A stretch of 64,000 bases of DNA, taken from positions 50,158,001 to 50,222,000 of the forward strand of contig OX597814.1 of the NCBI GenBank assembly GCA_951406725.2, written 5' to 3'. Shown here one piece after another: positions 1 through 12,974 of the stretch. A program made the translations under genes and the position numbers. The notes beneath the pieces are model-generated. The model was not told the DNA's origin and did no database searches. It saw only the letters and a list, made by a program, of their open reading frames with translations. The stretch comes from Octopus vulgaris. Lineage: Eukaryota. Position 1 is the stretch's first letter, and every line of letters begins with the position of its first letter.

Positions 1-97
1 TCATGGCAGGGCCCGAGTTTGTGGTTCATCACAATTCTATGTTTTAATTCCGTGGTTGGGCTCCAGTCAAAATTGCTTTCACACAGAGTGATATATA

Positions 98-286
98 AGA
101 AAAGATATAAATAATGGTCATTACCATATTTTTCTGTTTTAGAGTAAATTTGACTTATAGCTGTTTCAACAGATCAATTGATAAACCTATCAGTAACGTA
201 CCAATAATGGCTATTGTAAATAACAGTAAGCCAGATTTACTCTAATAAAGAAAAATGTGTAGTGACCATTATCTATATCTTGTCTA
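98..286. repeat. Imperfect inverted repeat (fold-back, about 65-bp arms), possible decayed MITE
   Basis: The reverse complement of 222-286 (TAGACAAGATATAGATAATGGTCACTACACATTTTTCTTTATTAGAGTAAATCTGGCTTACTGTT) aligns with 98-165 (AGAAAAGATATAAATAATGGTCATTACCATATTTTTCTGTTTTAGAGTAAATTTGACTTATAGCTGTT). Confidence 0.75.
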
Positions 287-1313
287 ATAAAGTTATTAAT
301 AGTCACTGAATATGGTACCTGAGTAAATCTACCTGCGTGTTTTGCACCTATAGTGCTTTTCTGACCACTTATTCAACTATTATTACATTAAAAAGCGTGT
401 ATGATTTATTAATCTGTATTAATTTAAATCTGATAAACCTAACCTATTCTTTCACTTGAACAGTAAGACTTAGACAAATATAAGCAAATATCTACTGTTA
501 TCTCTTCCACAGGCATAAAAAAATAAACAACCAGTAACAAACCTCATTACGTAACAACGGCACATACTATTTACAATCCTTATACAATATTTAGTATAAA
601 ATATGAGTCACTTTGTTACAATTCTTACTATAGATTAAATGATAGATGAATATATTTGTCTTCAACCAGAATTTCAATTTTTATAATTAATCAAGTTTTA
701 TATTTAATCGAGTCAAGGATTGAACCAAGCTTTGTCTACTGTAATTTCAGACCTGATGTTTTACCAGTCTACCTGATAATAAAAGCAATACTGAAAATCT
801 TTACGTAGAAGTAAAGCACATTTTAAATTCCTCTTATAAATTTGTGAAGCGATATATTGCAGATTAAAATCTTCGAAACAATATATAACAAGAAACCAAC
901 AAAAGCTGTTTTTGTCTGTTATTAAGGAATTCACCTGTAAACGGAAAGAAATACAGCACTATGAAACAGAAAGAAGAAAGTGTAAAATTATAAATTTTAG
1001 ATTAGTTTAAAAGTCACATTTCCTGGCTTGGGAATATTCACAGTTGCCATAGTTCCCTCTATCTAAAACACACCTTACATTTATTTATTTTCTTATTTAT
1101 GAGGCAGAAAGACTTACCTCCGGATATGAAGTTAATTCTTGCAGCATAATTCTATTCTATTCTTTGCTAATAATGAAGATTATATGACGTCGACAGAGGA
1201 AATCAACAATACACACCCAATGGAATTGGTACCGAATTGATTTTATATTTTATATCCCCTGATTATAAAGGTATTTGATGAACAAAAATTAATCTCACTG
1301 ATATAATTTTGTG

Positions 1314-1349
<36 letters not shown>

Positions 1350-1764
1350 TGATGGATAAATATTTTGTTCGGCAAAATTTGACACAAATAAACGCTACGT
1401 ATAACGCCAGCATTTCTGCTCTGTATCATTGTTTGTTTTTTAATGATAATAATAATTGATAGCCTGAAGAGCAAAAAATATTTTTCTTCGAAGTTTTCAA
1501 ATTTTGTGGTCTCTGAAATGTTTCCTATAACTTTATCTATAAGATGAATAAAATACTTCAATTACATTAAAATTTATTTCATGTTCCATATAATCTAGAA
1601 GTTTAAATTGCAATTGTTTACGGAAATTTTTGTCGTTTATTAAAGAGAAAGTAAGAAATAGTTATAATGGCAAATAAAATTCAGTAATTGATATGGTTAG
1701 CACATAAATATTATGGTAAACTTCAGTGAAGCAGTATCACCCAATAAAATATGTTATAATAATA

Positions 1765-2168
1765 TTTATTCTTTTTTATTCGAGGCACGAGGCTCGAAAT
1801 TTTTTGGGAGGGGACTAGTCGATTAGACCGATCCGCAGTACGCAACTGGTACTTAATTTATCGACTCTGAAAAGATGAAAGGCAAAGTCAACCACGGCGG
1901 AATTTGAACTCAGAACGTAAAGACAGACGAAATACCTATTTCTTTACTACCCACAAAGGTCTAAACACAGAGGGAACAAACAAGGACAGACAAACGGATT
2001 AAGTCGATTATATCGACCCCAGTGCGTAACTGGTAGTTATTCAATCGTCCCCGAGAGGATGAAAGGCAAAGTCGACCTCGGCGGAATTTGAACTTAAAAC
2101 GTAGCGGCAGACGAAATACCGCAAAGCATTTCGCCCGGCGTGTTAATATTTCTGCCAGCTCGCCGCCT
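1765..2168 (-). mobile_element. tRNA-derived SINE with Deu/Nin-type central domain, dimeric body
   Basis: The minus strand has the head GGCGGCGAGCTGGCAGAA, a B-box-like GTTCAAATTCC, and the core GTCGACTTTGCCTTTCATCC...GTCGATAAATTAAGTACCAG present twice. Candidate target-site duplication (TSD) TGTTATAAT at 1752-1760 and 2169-2177. Confidence 0.9.
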
Positions 2169-2184
2169 TGTTATAATGTTATTT

Positions 2185-2309
2185 ATTATTTTCTACTCTA
2201 AGCACACGGCCTGAAATTTTGGGGGAGGGGGATAGTGGATTAGTACTGGTACTTAATTTATAGACCCCGAAAGGATGAAAGGCGAAGTCGACCTCGGCAG
2301 AATTTTAAC
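2185..2309 (-). mobile_element. Truncated Deu/Nin-type SINE
   Basis: Same tail and core as the 1765-2168 copy. It breaks off at the B-box, where the Tx1-like LINE begins. Confidence 0.8.
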
Positions 2310-5300
2310 GACCCATGAGTGGACAAAAACAATAACAGCAACAACAACAGAAAGGCAATGGAATAGAAACAAAAATTGAACCCGAAGAGACAAAACAGGC
2401 AGGTGTTACAGTAAAGGTGGCAGTGGGAGTAGCACCAAGAACAGTGGTGGAAACTACAGTAGTAGGAGCAACAACAAGATCTACAAGAGAATCAGAACAA
2501 ACAACAGCAGAAGAAAACATACAAAAGTCCTCCATGCATCCAAGCGATGATGAAGGGGAAGCCCAAAAGGCAAAAAAAAAAAACAACAAAAAAACAAGAG
2601 ACCGAATAAAGGGAGAAATTCAAGAAACGGCAAACACAGACACACTGATGACAACACCAATACTACAAGCACATCCATTTCGGATGCACGTGTGGATTGG
2701 ATGGGGCTAGCGGATGGGAAAGGGGGTGCGCAAACCTCGCAAAACTGCTCAGACGTTTCCAGCTTGTGGACAGGTTCAGACATGATTTCTCGAACACTCC
2801 AGTATGGACATAGGAAAACAGTGTCAGGTCATGCAGATCTTATCTAGATAGGGTATTTTGTAGGTCAGCAGTTAGGAATAACTTAGGTTGTCCACAGTTT
2901 AATTTCGTCAACTACACTGACTATAAATTTGTGATATGTACGGTTGACCTAGATAGGCTCCATAGGTAGGGATCCGGCTACTGAAAACCGGACGCATCCT
3001 TCCCTGCGCGTCAACCTTTCGGAGACCGTCTTAGCAAGTTAGTCCATCGAAAGTTAACGAGTGTAGTCGTCAACAACCGATGGTAGTGGGGACCATAAAA
3101 TGGACGATTAGACTAGAAGCTGTAGAATTTAGCAGAGAACTAGCGGTAGAGAAGACTAGAGTTGAGTTAGACCGAGTTAGGAAATTAGAAGAGGCACTCA
3201 GTAGAAGCATAGCGAGCTACGTGCTGGCAGCTAGATTAGTTCTGAACCAATTCTTCAACACCAAGCATGAAAGTTGCATTGTCATAACTCGTACTCTAAA
3301 GCATGAGGGAACGAAAGCCGTTCGATGGGCCAGGGTGGCCGGGGCGCAAAGTGGTAATAAAGTTACAATTCTGTCTTTGAGGGGTAAGTACGGACGCATG
3401 CTACATAAGTCGAAGCAGGTTTGTACGCAAATCAGCGGCACTTTGCTGAAATGTACGAGGCGCGCGGGGATCCGGAGGTGAACTTCATTTTCTACCTTGA
3501 TGGTATGCCGCGACTTTCAGCTAGTGAGGAGGAGTTCTGCAAAATGCCGATAACAGCTGAAGATATCCGTGACGCGTTGGCGAGTTGCACGAGGAAGAGG
3601 TCTCCGAGATTGGATGGTCTGCCCTTCGAGCTTTATGTACATAAGCCAGACTTTTTTGGTGAGCTTTTGGGAGACGTCTACCGCAACTCACAGCAGAATT
3701 GGAGATTACCCGGATCTGTGAGCCGAGGTGTAGTGACGCTACCGAGAAATGATCCGAACAAGGGGAACATTCTTGATGACTTTAGGCCGGTAACTATGCT
3801 AAATACAGATTACAAAATTTTGGCCAAGGTGTTAGCAAAGAGGTTGGCGCTTGACGTTGACAGACTGGTAGGTGATGCGCAGACTTGCGCTATCCTCAGC
3901 AGAACTATACACGACAACTTCCACCTCACGCGATACAACATAGAAAGGGTTGGTAAAGAACCTGGCATTTGGATCAATCAAAAGCTTTTGATTGGGTCGA
4001 CCATGTGTACTTGGAGGCTGTCCTCAAGGCGGCTGGTTTGTACAGCGACATCTATTCGGTGGTCAAAGTAAATGTTCACCTAGCGGAATCGTTTAGTATT
4101 GCTCGTTCGGTCCGTCAAGGATACTCACTTTCACCTCTTCTCTACGTACTGGCGCTCGAGCCATTACTGCGGAAGCTGGCGGTTTCGAGGGGAATTCCGT
4201 GTGAACTGGGATGCGGAAGGTTCGTGTCGGTGTATGCGGACGACATCACCGTGATAGTGTCGACATCTCGGATATCGAGATGGTCGGCACTACCCTAAGG
4301 GAATATTAAGCGGTGACAGGAGCAATGATCAATCAGAAGTCAGTGGACCTGCAGCTCGGCACCTACAGAGGCAGGCTCATGCCAACCGATCGCGTAGTGG
4401 GCACTGAACGGAAGAACCTGTTAAGTTGCTTGGGATCTGGTTCGGTCTGGATCTCCAAGTGAACAAGAACTGAAGCTAGATGACAGACAGGGTGGCCAGC
4501 CTCACCCAGAAATGAGCCGAGAGGAAGCTGTCCTTGAAAGGTCGGGTGGAGGTGGCGAATACATACAACGCATTCGTCATGTCGTCCCTTTCTCCGTGCT
4601 GGTGCATTTGCTCTTCTGCTTCCTGTGGAAGGGACAGGTACACTTGTTAGACGGTCCCCTTGCTGTCAGCACCCGTTGCGTGGAGGACTGGGCATGCCGA
4701 GGCTTAGATCCGCAGATATTCGTTGAGGCTACGACATCTCTAGCGATACCTTAACAGTGAGCAGATATAGTTGCTGTTTGTTGAACGCGCTTTTCCGTAG
4801 CTCCTCTCCTTGACGGAGCAACTCATGGATCAGGCGTAGACCGAAGCAGGGTGCTTAGCACTTGAAGTGTCTCACAGCCTTCGCCCCAGTAGGGCAGTGC
4901 GACTAGTGGAAGTTCCACCTTGGAGTTCTATAGGGGATTAGTGGAGAGCAAGAGCGACAACATACTCGGAAAGGTCCTGGGCGTCGAGGGGGATTAACTG
5001 GTTGGTCGCTTCCGGAGGACTTTCGGACCGGGAACAATGGACAACTTCCAGAAATCCCTGGCCTGTCAGTGCTACTGGGGTTGGGGCAGTGCCGGTTCGA
5101 GATAAGTTCTACAGGCACTGGTGTACAATCTGTAGGGCTTGTCCGAGATGCACGCGGAGCGATGAAACCTTTCTGAGTGCTCTCGTACGGTGTCCGTGCA
5201 TTGCTGACTTGTAGAGCTTTGTCGAACAGGCTATTGTCACGTGTAGGACGGATCCGGCTATCGTCCGAGTCTATTGTGAAGATCACCCCGCCTTCTTCCT

Positions 5301-5520
5301 TTCTCTGTCTGGTGGCCATGGCAAAAGAGGCTGTGTGGTGAACGTGATTGAAGACGCATGCCTTCCTCTTTGGTCAAGGCCACATTGATCTTTTCAGGTT
5401 CCACTTGAAAAGGAAAGTAAGGCTGGAGAGGGAGGTATTGTCACCCAGTAAGTTCGTTGAAAGTTAGGTGAATATGACAAGAATAGCCCGCCTGAAATGG
5501 GCCATCTCTAAGTGTGCGCC
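2310..5520 (+). mobile_element. Decayed Tx1/L1-clade non-LTR retrotransposon (ORF1 remnant plus APE-RT-zinc-finger ORF2, frameshifted)
   Basis: APE C-terminus (LVDRFRHD...VWT...RSYLDRVF, about 2760-2860). RT motifs SPRLDGLPFELY, FRPVTMLNTDYKILAKVL, DQSKAFDWVDH, VRQGYSLSPLLY, and YADD at 4233-4244. C-terminal CPRC..ET....CP knuckle at about 5140-5200. Multiple stops and frameshifts. 2310-2660 is a low-complexity ORF1-like segment, which is less certain. Confidence 0.88.
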
Positions 5521-5649
5521 TTTCAGAGTTTCGTCACAAACGGTGCTTGGGCCGAAAAATGAGCGCGCATTTGCTTATATATATGTATATATTATACATA
5601 TATATATATTTATATATCTGTGTGCGTATATGTATATATATATAAATAT

Positions 5650-6835
5650 GAATGAAGCAACTTGCTGCCACCCACAGGAATCAGTCAGCCGACAGACGTT
5701 GTAGGGTGAAGTCGTACTGTCACGTGGTACGCCTTCGTTTTGCAGTGCTTCTCCCTGTTGATTTTTGCGTTGGACGAAACGAGAGAACAACGTGCTTCCG
5801 TGAAATTCTGTTTTCTGCCGGGGAAAACGGCGACCGAAACAACTGTCATGCGTTAAACAGCTTACATGGATGTTTTCATGAGCAAAACACAAGCTTACGA
5901 GTGGTTTTAACGCTTGAGGAATGGTCATTTGTCGCTTAAAGACCAGCCTCTTTCAGGGTGACCGTCGATCTCCCGAATAAATGAACACATGAAAATTCAT
6001 GTGTTCATTTATTCGGAGGATCGTCGAACAACTGACAGACTTCTTAATATGACCGGTGTGTCCTGGAACTCATGCAAACGAATTTTAAGCGAGGAATTAC
6101 GAATGAAAAGAGTTGCAGGAAAATTTGTACCTTACTTGCTCACGGAAGATCAAGAGCAGTCACGACTGAATATGTGTCAGGAACTGAAAGAACAGTTGAA
6201 AGTTGATCCGGACTTTTTATCGAAGGTCAACACAGGTTACGAATGCTGCCGCTACGGCTACAACTCGGAAACGAAGCAGCAATCAAGTCAATGGAAGTAT
6301 TCGAAGACACCACGGCCCCAACAAGTGAGTCAAGTGAAGTCCAATGTCAAGATGATGCCGATTCGTGCCATCGATGCGAAATGTATTATCCACACAGAAT
6401 TTGCTCCTTACGGTCAAACCAGAGATTTTACTTGGCAATTCGGAAGCATTTGCGAGACCCGGTGAGATGAAAACGCTCCGAAACGCAAATTGGAGAGTGG
6501 TGGTTTTATCATGACAATGCACCTGCGCACATCACTTTGTGTATCAGACAGATTTTGACTAAAAATGGCATGACCTCTCTTACCCACCTTCCCTATTCAC
6601 CAGATCTTGCTCCCTGCAACTTTTTGTTTCCAGGATGAAAAATGTCCTTAAAGGAAACGTTTTGAATATGTGGAAGAGGTAAAGAAGAAAGAAAAAACGA
6701 CGGAGGCGTTAAAAACCTTCACTTCGCAAGAGTTCCATTACTGCTTGGGATAATGGAAAGCATAAACATGTCATAAAACAAAGTGAATAAAATAATATTG
6801 TAAAATTCCGGTTTGTTTTGGGTGTACCCTCGTGT
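5650..6835 (+). mobile_element. Decayed mariner DNA transposon (transposase pseudogene, 3' TIR retained)
   Basis: HTH start EQRASVKFCFLPGKTATET...YEWF, a WVP-like KFVPYLLT, TGYE (degenerate TGDE), YHDNAPAH at 6507-6530, PYSPDLAPCNF at 6591-6623, and right end TTCCGGTTTGTTTTGGGTGTACCCTCG at about 6806-6832. The left TIR was not found. Confidence 0.92.
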
Positions 6836-7779
6836 ACATATGTGTGTATGTGTATGTGTGTACATACATATATTATATGAGTATATGTGTGTGCATGTGT
6901 ACGCGTGTGAGAGCGTGTATAAACTTTTGAGGACCGGGACGAGACACCCATTTTTTGCTATAATAAATATATCTTTCCACTCTACTCAGTGTATTGATTT
7001 CTATAGTAGATAATGTTTGAACCATGTTAAATACATTTTAAATGCATTTAACATACATATACACGTGTATGTGTGTGTGTACACGCTGTCGTTAGGAGTT
7101 GAAGGTGTTATTACTACAATATTTGTGAATAAATTTCTTGTAATTTACAAGAATATTCGAGAAAGTTAAATGAATGCAAGAAGTGTTCCTTTACGTTTAT
7201 TCACAAAGGATCTGTGTTAGTAATATGCTTTAATATTTTTCTTTTCTGTAGAAAACAAAAAATAAAACATTGTGTATTCGCCACGGAATATCTTGTTAAT
7301 TAAAATATATGGATTTTCAACAGAATACTGTGCTTAAATAACTGAGACCTGTAGTACTTATTTTTATTTATTCATTTACTTATTTCTATAATAACTAAAG
7401 GAGAATTATCATATATTTCTTATACGCTTCCCTCAACCTCTGGGAGCAAATAATTATTCTAAGTATCTAACCATTCCTTTAAGTTCGCTAACGAGAAGCT
7501 GCATGGATACATATTTCCAAAAGCAATATTTTATGTTAATTTGTTATTTAAAGCGAGAGAAAAAGGAGTTAAATAATACTTAAGTCATTGTTCAACACAT
7601 GGTTCTTCAACGGGTTGTAATGAAGACTACAGGGTACGAAATAAATTTGTGACGAACTGAGCACACCGCTGATTTTAAATCGCCATCGCCGATTCAAATA
7701 TTTTCCCGTTACAGCTGTTTATAACCGTGATCTCAATAGCTCCTATTCCTTATAAACAAAACAGCTTCTATGGCGTTTC

Positions 7780-7966
7780 CCATGCTTCTAGAAATCGTAG
7801 TAAATTAATTTCAAATCATATCCCATTATCGTAAAAACAGAAAAGACATATATGATAGTGTTATCTGTGATAGAGCTGGCCCCAAAAGGAAAGATGTTCA
7901 CGGCTTGAATTCAGGTAATCATTGGTCTTTTCAATCGGGGCTGACTCGATCTCAACAACAATAACA
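7780..7966 (+). repeat. Old interspersed repeat with CAA-rich tail
   Basis: Diverged similarity, by eye, to 31229-31561, 32050-32255, 44130-44250 and inverted copies at 15300-15500 and 30750-30900. Confidence 0.5.
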
Positions 7967-8608
7967 AACTCATTTTCCCTAAAAAAAATATTAGTTGTGT
8001 CGATTCAAATAGAAGCCAATCTTTCTTTATTAATTCTCATATTTTACCGATAAATATCAGTAGACAATCACGCGCATTCACTCACAGTTATACATGTGTA
8101 TATGCAAGTTAACAACATAAAAACACGCTTATACGCTCACCCATGCACGCTGTCCCTCTTTCTCGTTCACAACAACACAATTTCTCTCTCATGCGCACAC
8201 AGATTAATTCACACGTACAGTCATGCAATCATATACATTTTCAGAGAGAGAAAGATGGGAAAGTAGGGATTGAGAGAGAGAGAGAAAGAGAGAGATAGAG
8301 AAGGAACGAGGGATAAAGAGAAAGTGAGAGAAGGTAAGGAGGTGAAAACAAAGCAATAAACACATTTTTCAAAAGTACATGAAACTATACTTCCTACACT
8401 TTAATCAGGAATTAGACATAATTATAAGTAAGATATAATCTAAGGTTACACTGTCCCATGGTACATTAGTTTTATATTTTGAGGAGAGTTATTGAAATAA
8501 ATGAGCCTGGAGAGGGTTATAGACTGAAACTGTAAAATGTCTAGAAATACGACTCACTTTTCTGTCTTTAAACCGCTAACATTAATCATACATAAACTCT
8601 TCGCCATG

Positions 8609-8642
<34 letters not shown>

Positions 8643-8649
<7 letters not shown>

Positions 8650-8815
8650 TTACCTATGAAGTTTTTATTCCCATGCTAGCCACTTGATATGATCGGTATT
8701 TTAAATAACGATCTTATCCTTATTTATATAAATTTATATTTTTACTTCGTATTTATATTTTCTCTGCGGTGGTATTTTGACCATATCGCACGAGGAGTCT
8801 AGGCGGGCAATTTAA
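8643..8815 (+). repeat. Fragment of a TA-associated repeat family (possibly Penelope-related); first 75 bp recur at 9661-9737
   Basis: ATAATTATTACCTATGA..TTTTATTCCCATGCTAGCCACTTGA.ATGATCGGTATT.TAAATAACGATCTTATC occurs at both positions, each next to a (TA)n run. Confidence 0.7.
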
Positions 8816-8887
8816 AAATTGTCGTGTGCATACATGCATATATATGTGTGTATGCGTGCGTATATGTAAGTATTCGTATGTTGTATA

Positions 8888-9411
8888 CCGTAAATCCTTG
8901 AGTATAGTCCGCCCTTGAGTATAATACGCATAGGATTTTTAGGGGGATGTACCTCTGAAAAAGCAAAGACCTTGTGTATAATACGCGCACCTTCTCTAAC
9001 TTGAGTCGTGCGTAATTAAGCCAGGAGCACCTAGTCGAACAAACGCTTCCGCGCATGCGTTATACAATAATGGTGATGTTCTTAATTGTTATATGGGAAT
9101 GTAAATATGTTTGCAAATTGTTTTTGTTACATGTTATTCAGTGTTCTCAATACTTTTATTTTAATAAATGTTGCTTACTGCAAGTTATGGATGATTCTTT
9201 TATGACTTCATTGCTTTTAGGCTTAACTTAAGGTATTTTCGCGCCCGGCATCACAAAATGCGCCTGAATGAACATTGTCGGACAGCAAATAGAGACTCGG
9301 ACATTGCTTAGAAAATATTTTTCATTTTTAAAACCTCGGATATAGTACGCACTAGGGATTTTAACCTTTAAATTTTAGGAAAAAATGCGGATTATACTCG
9401 AGGATTTACGG
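8888..9411. mobile_element. MITE of the Tc1/mariner superfamily (pogo/Tc2-like CCGTA ends)
   Basis: 25-bp TIRs CCGTAAATCCTTGAGTATAGTCCGC and GCGGATTATACTCGAGGATTTACGG (2 mismatches). TA TSD at 8886-8887 and 9412-9413. Subterminal TATA(A/G)TACGC repeats. No transposase ORF. Confidence 0.92.
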
Positions 9412-9660
9412 TATATATATATTTGTATTAATGTGCTATTTTGTGTGTATTCAACTGAGTAGGCAAAGCATTTCTTATGCGAAGTCAGAAATCCAGGATC
9501 TGGAATTATCCAATAAATTTTTGCTGGTTTATTTTGTCTCTTTGTCTTCTTTCATGGTACTGTATGAACATTTAATGTCGTTTTAGAGGCATGCTTTGGC
9601 TGCTATATCTAGCATGGTGGTTTCTTTTAGATACTCTTAATTATGATTTTAATTTTAATA

Positions 9661-9737
9661 ATAATTATTACCTATGAGCTTTTTATTCCCATGCTAGCCA
9701 CTTGACATGATCGGTATTGTAAATAACGATCTTATCA
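9661..9737 (+). repeat. Second copy of the 8643 repeat fragment
   Basis: Near-identical to 8643-8717. Confidence 0.75.
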
Positions 9738-11476
9738 TTATATATATATATACAATTTTTAGATGTTGTTGTTGTCCTATAATCCCAGATGATCCCTGAT
9801 ATAGTAGACCTATTGTTTATAGTTTACCAAAAATCTAGGCGCAATCTATGGATTCATAGAGTGTCCGTCTGAACATATTGCTTGTTCTCTCCACTGTCTA
9901 CTCGTTCCTGAGTGCTCGGAGATTTTTGATGCATTGTTTCAGCAGATAAGGTATACTCGATCAAAGCGCAACGGTTGCTGTCTCTTTGCAATTATTGCTG
10001 ATGGAGTGCATCTCAAACTGGTATTTGAGAACATTGACGTTGCTCATGTTGTAGCTATTTTAGTGTATGTATTTCTCTCTCTAGATCGATTGAGAGAGAT
10101 AGTGCTTTTAGGATGCTAATGTTCTAGCGAGTTGAATACGTGAGTGGGTATTTGTAGTTGTTTTCATTTAGTGACAGAGACTGCAGGAGTGTAAGCTGGC
10201 AGCAGTAACGAACTGTCCTACAACCTTTGCTTTTAAATATATTTGTTTTGTAAGGCGACGAGCTGGCAGAAAAGCGTGTGTAACATAGGGTACCCAGGAA
10301 TATTATCTAAAATAAATACAATTTTGAAGATAAATACCTTTCTCTAGTAGAAGATATATAAATTGAAACTCAATCTTCAGAAAGTGCATTGGTCACCCAT
10401 GCAAGGTTATAACCGCTAAAAGTCTTGGTATGTCGAATGTAATACACAAACACAGTTTTAATTTTAAGTCACCTTCCTCATTTTCTCTCATTCGACATAT
10501 TTTGGTACTTTTAAACAGTATTGTCTTCTCTCTCTCTCTCTCTCTTTGACAAATTACTCTTTCATTGAATTCATTTCCGTGCCTATTCCAACATTGATAT
10601 TATTTGTTCGTTAAGATAAATCTCTTTGATCATTTCACTGAAAACGTTAGGATATTTTTTCTACGGCATTTTTATTTGTACTTCAACCAGCCTTACTTGT
10701 TGCTTGAATGTTGTGAATTCGTAATCAAAGTCTGAATCTGTAAAGCTGACCAAAACTAGTAGTAAAATGTTTTTTCATTTTTCCCAGAATGTAATTTTCT
10801 TTTGTCAACTTTTCATTAAATGCAGTGAAGATGCTTACAACTTTCATTTTAATAGTCATGGTGCTTAGGGGAATTTGTTTTTGGCTGCAATTATTCATCC
10901 CCAAACAGAAAGAAAAAACATTCCATTTGTATTATGATTCAAAATTTTCTTTATTTTTTGCGTACCTGGAGATGATGCAGATTTATCCCTCGCTTTATAG
11001 TCATGTATGTTTCTTCTGATTTTTAAAATTCTTATATCATTCATTCCCACGTCTATCACATTTGACTTTACTGTCTCCAAGTTCATGTCTTTTTATAACT
11101 TCCAATTTGCCATTTTGTGATAATATTTTCTTCATCTTAACGTCAAAACATTTTGTCAGTCTTTTCATACTTTGGTTAGATTGTATAATGTATTTTGTTA
11201 TAACTTACTAAGCTGATCAAAGTTACACCAGCCACTTTATATAGAAACATTTATTGAAAGAGAGATACGGTGGAATATTACAATTCAAATGGCAGCTAAT
11301 CTCCCATACAAAAACTGTTACCAAATGAATTGTTTGCGTGCATTGTTTTCTCAGATGTGATCTTTGTTAACTTGTTCTCTCCATACATCTGCTTACTGTG
11401 AATTCATACATTTATTTTTGGTATAAATTTATAAAGCATATAAATTCAAGAAATGTACAACTTGAAGCAGAGTTAA

Positions 11477-11560
11477 TGTAGTAGTAGTAGCAGCAGTAGC
11501 AGCAACGGCAACAGCAGTGGTGGTAGTAGTAGCAGCAACGCAGCAGCACAGCAGCAACAA

Positions 11561-11626
<66 letters not shown>
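11477..11626. repeat. (TAG)n/(CAG)n microsatellite
   Basis: Directly visible. It forms the tail of the adjacent SINE. Confidence 0.95.
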
Positions 11627-11627
<1 letters not shown>

Positions 11628-11935
11628 TGTTGTGTGTTCCTTCTCGAGCCATGCCTGGCTCATTAGGGCCGGTTTCCCGGTTTCCTTGGCGTATAGGTTC
11701 CCCACCAGGACCGGACGCCGGTCTATCGCAGATGAGCTGCAAGATGCAGGAGGAAAGAGTGAGAGAAATTTGTGTCGAAAGAGTCAGCAGAAGTTCGCCA
11801 TTACCTTCTGTCGGAGCCGCGTGGAGCTTAGGTGTTTCGCTCATAAACACACACATCGCCCGGTCTGAGATTCGAACTCGTGATCCCTCGACCACGAGTC
11901 CGCTGCTCTATCTACTAGGCCATGTACCTCCACTA
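11627..11935 (-). mobile_element. tRNA-derived SINE with V/Meta-like domain
   Basis: Minus strand: A-box TGGCCTAGTAG, B-box GAGTTCGAATCTC, central CTGCGATAGACCGGCGTCCGGTCC...GGAAACCGGG motif, ending in (TAC)n. TAG repeats are present on both flanks. Confidence 0.8.
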
Positions 11936-12369
11936 GGAGTAGTAGTCGTAGACATATATTACGGTGCGCTTTAAGTAATTGTTTCGATTCTATATTGAAC
12001 TTCAAAAATTATCGAAAGCTATGTTAGTGTAAATGTCTCTGTATCAAGAATAATTATCTCTAAATATTGTGAATGGTCTACGTTGCAACAAAATACATTA
12101 ATATAATCTAACCTCATATAAAAAAAAAGGCTGGCAAAAAGAATTTCTACTGTGAAGAAGAAGAAGAAAGTTTTATATCGTAACTAATAAATTAAAAGTA
12201 ATATCTTTTACTGTCCACGAAGACACTACTTTTGAAGCCGCTAATACTAACGGCTTAACTAAATTTGCAGATGTGAAACATTCTTCCCGCTAGTTTGATT
12301 AACAGTATACTGATGCGATGATACTATTTCATTTTAAAGTATTACTGTATTACAGAATATATTTTTAAC

Positions 12370-12575
12370 GACGTTTGTGCCCCACCTTCTCACCGAGTAA
12401 CAACCGGTGAGTTTACGTCCTCGTAAGTTAGCGGTTCGGCGAAAGACATCAATACAATAAGTACCAGTACTTTATGACGTAAGCTCTGTGGTCAATGCAT
12501 TCGAAGAAAATTCTTCAAGGTGGTGACCCAGCATGGCTGCAATCTAATGACTGAAACATGTAAAAGATAAAAGAT
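12370..12575 (+). mobile_element. 3' half of CORE-like Octopus SINE (same family as 33408-33840)
   Basis: TTAGCGGTTCGGC...AATAAGTACCAG...CCAGCATGGCTGCAATCTAATGACTGAAAC...TAAAAGA tail. Confidence 0.8.
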
Positions 12576-12974
12576 ACACATACACACATACACACACACC
12601 TACATACATACATACATACATACATACATACATACATACATACATACATACATACATGAAAGCATACGTACATACATACATACATGCATGCATGCATGCA
12701 TGCATACGTACATACATACATACAAAAATGCATACATGCAAGACTACAGATCCAGTCCACTAAAATTTAAAACTTTCCAAAAGATTTTCATTTAAGTATA
12801 CATAAGCATGTCTAGATATGCAAGTATATGCATGAGAAGATATACATAAAGCGAAACGTACAAATCTGATCGTATACATACATACATACATACATACATA
12901 CATACATACATACATACATACATACATACATACATACATACATACATACATACATACATACATACATACATAGA

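Noticed and set aside
770-1200. Minus-strand splice signals (donor at 1117, acceptor at about 935)
   Set aside because: The implied peptides are short and unrecognisable, and the signals could occur by chance. Not supportable without RNA data.
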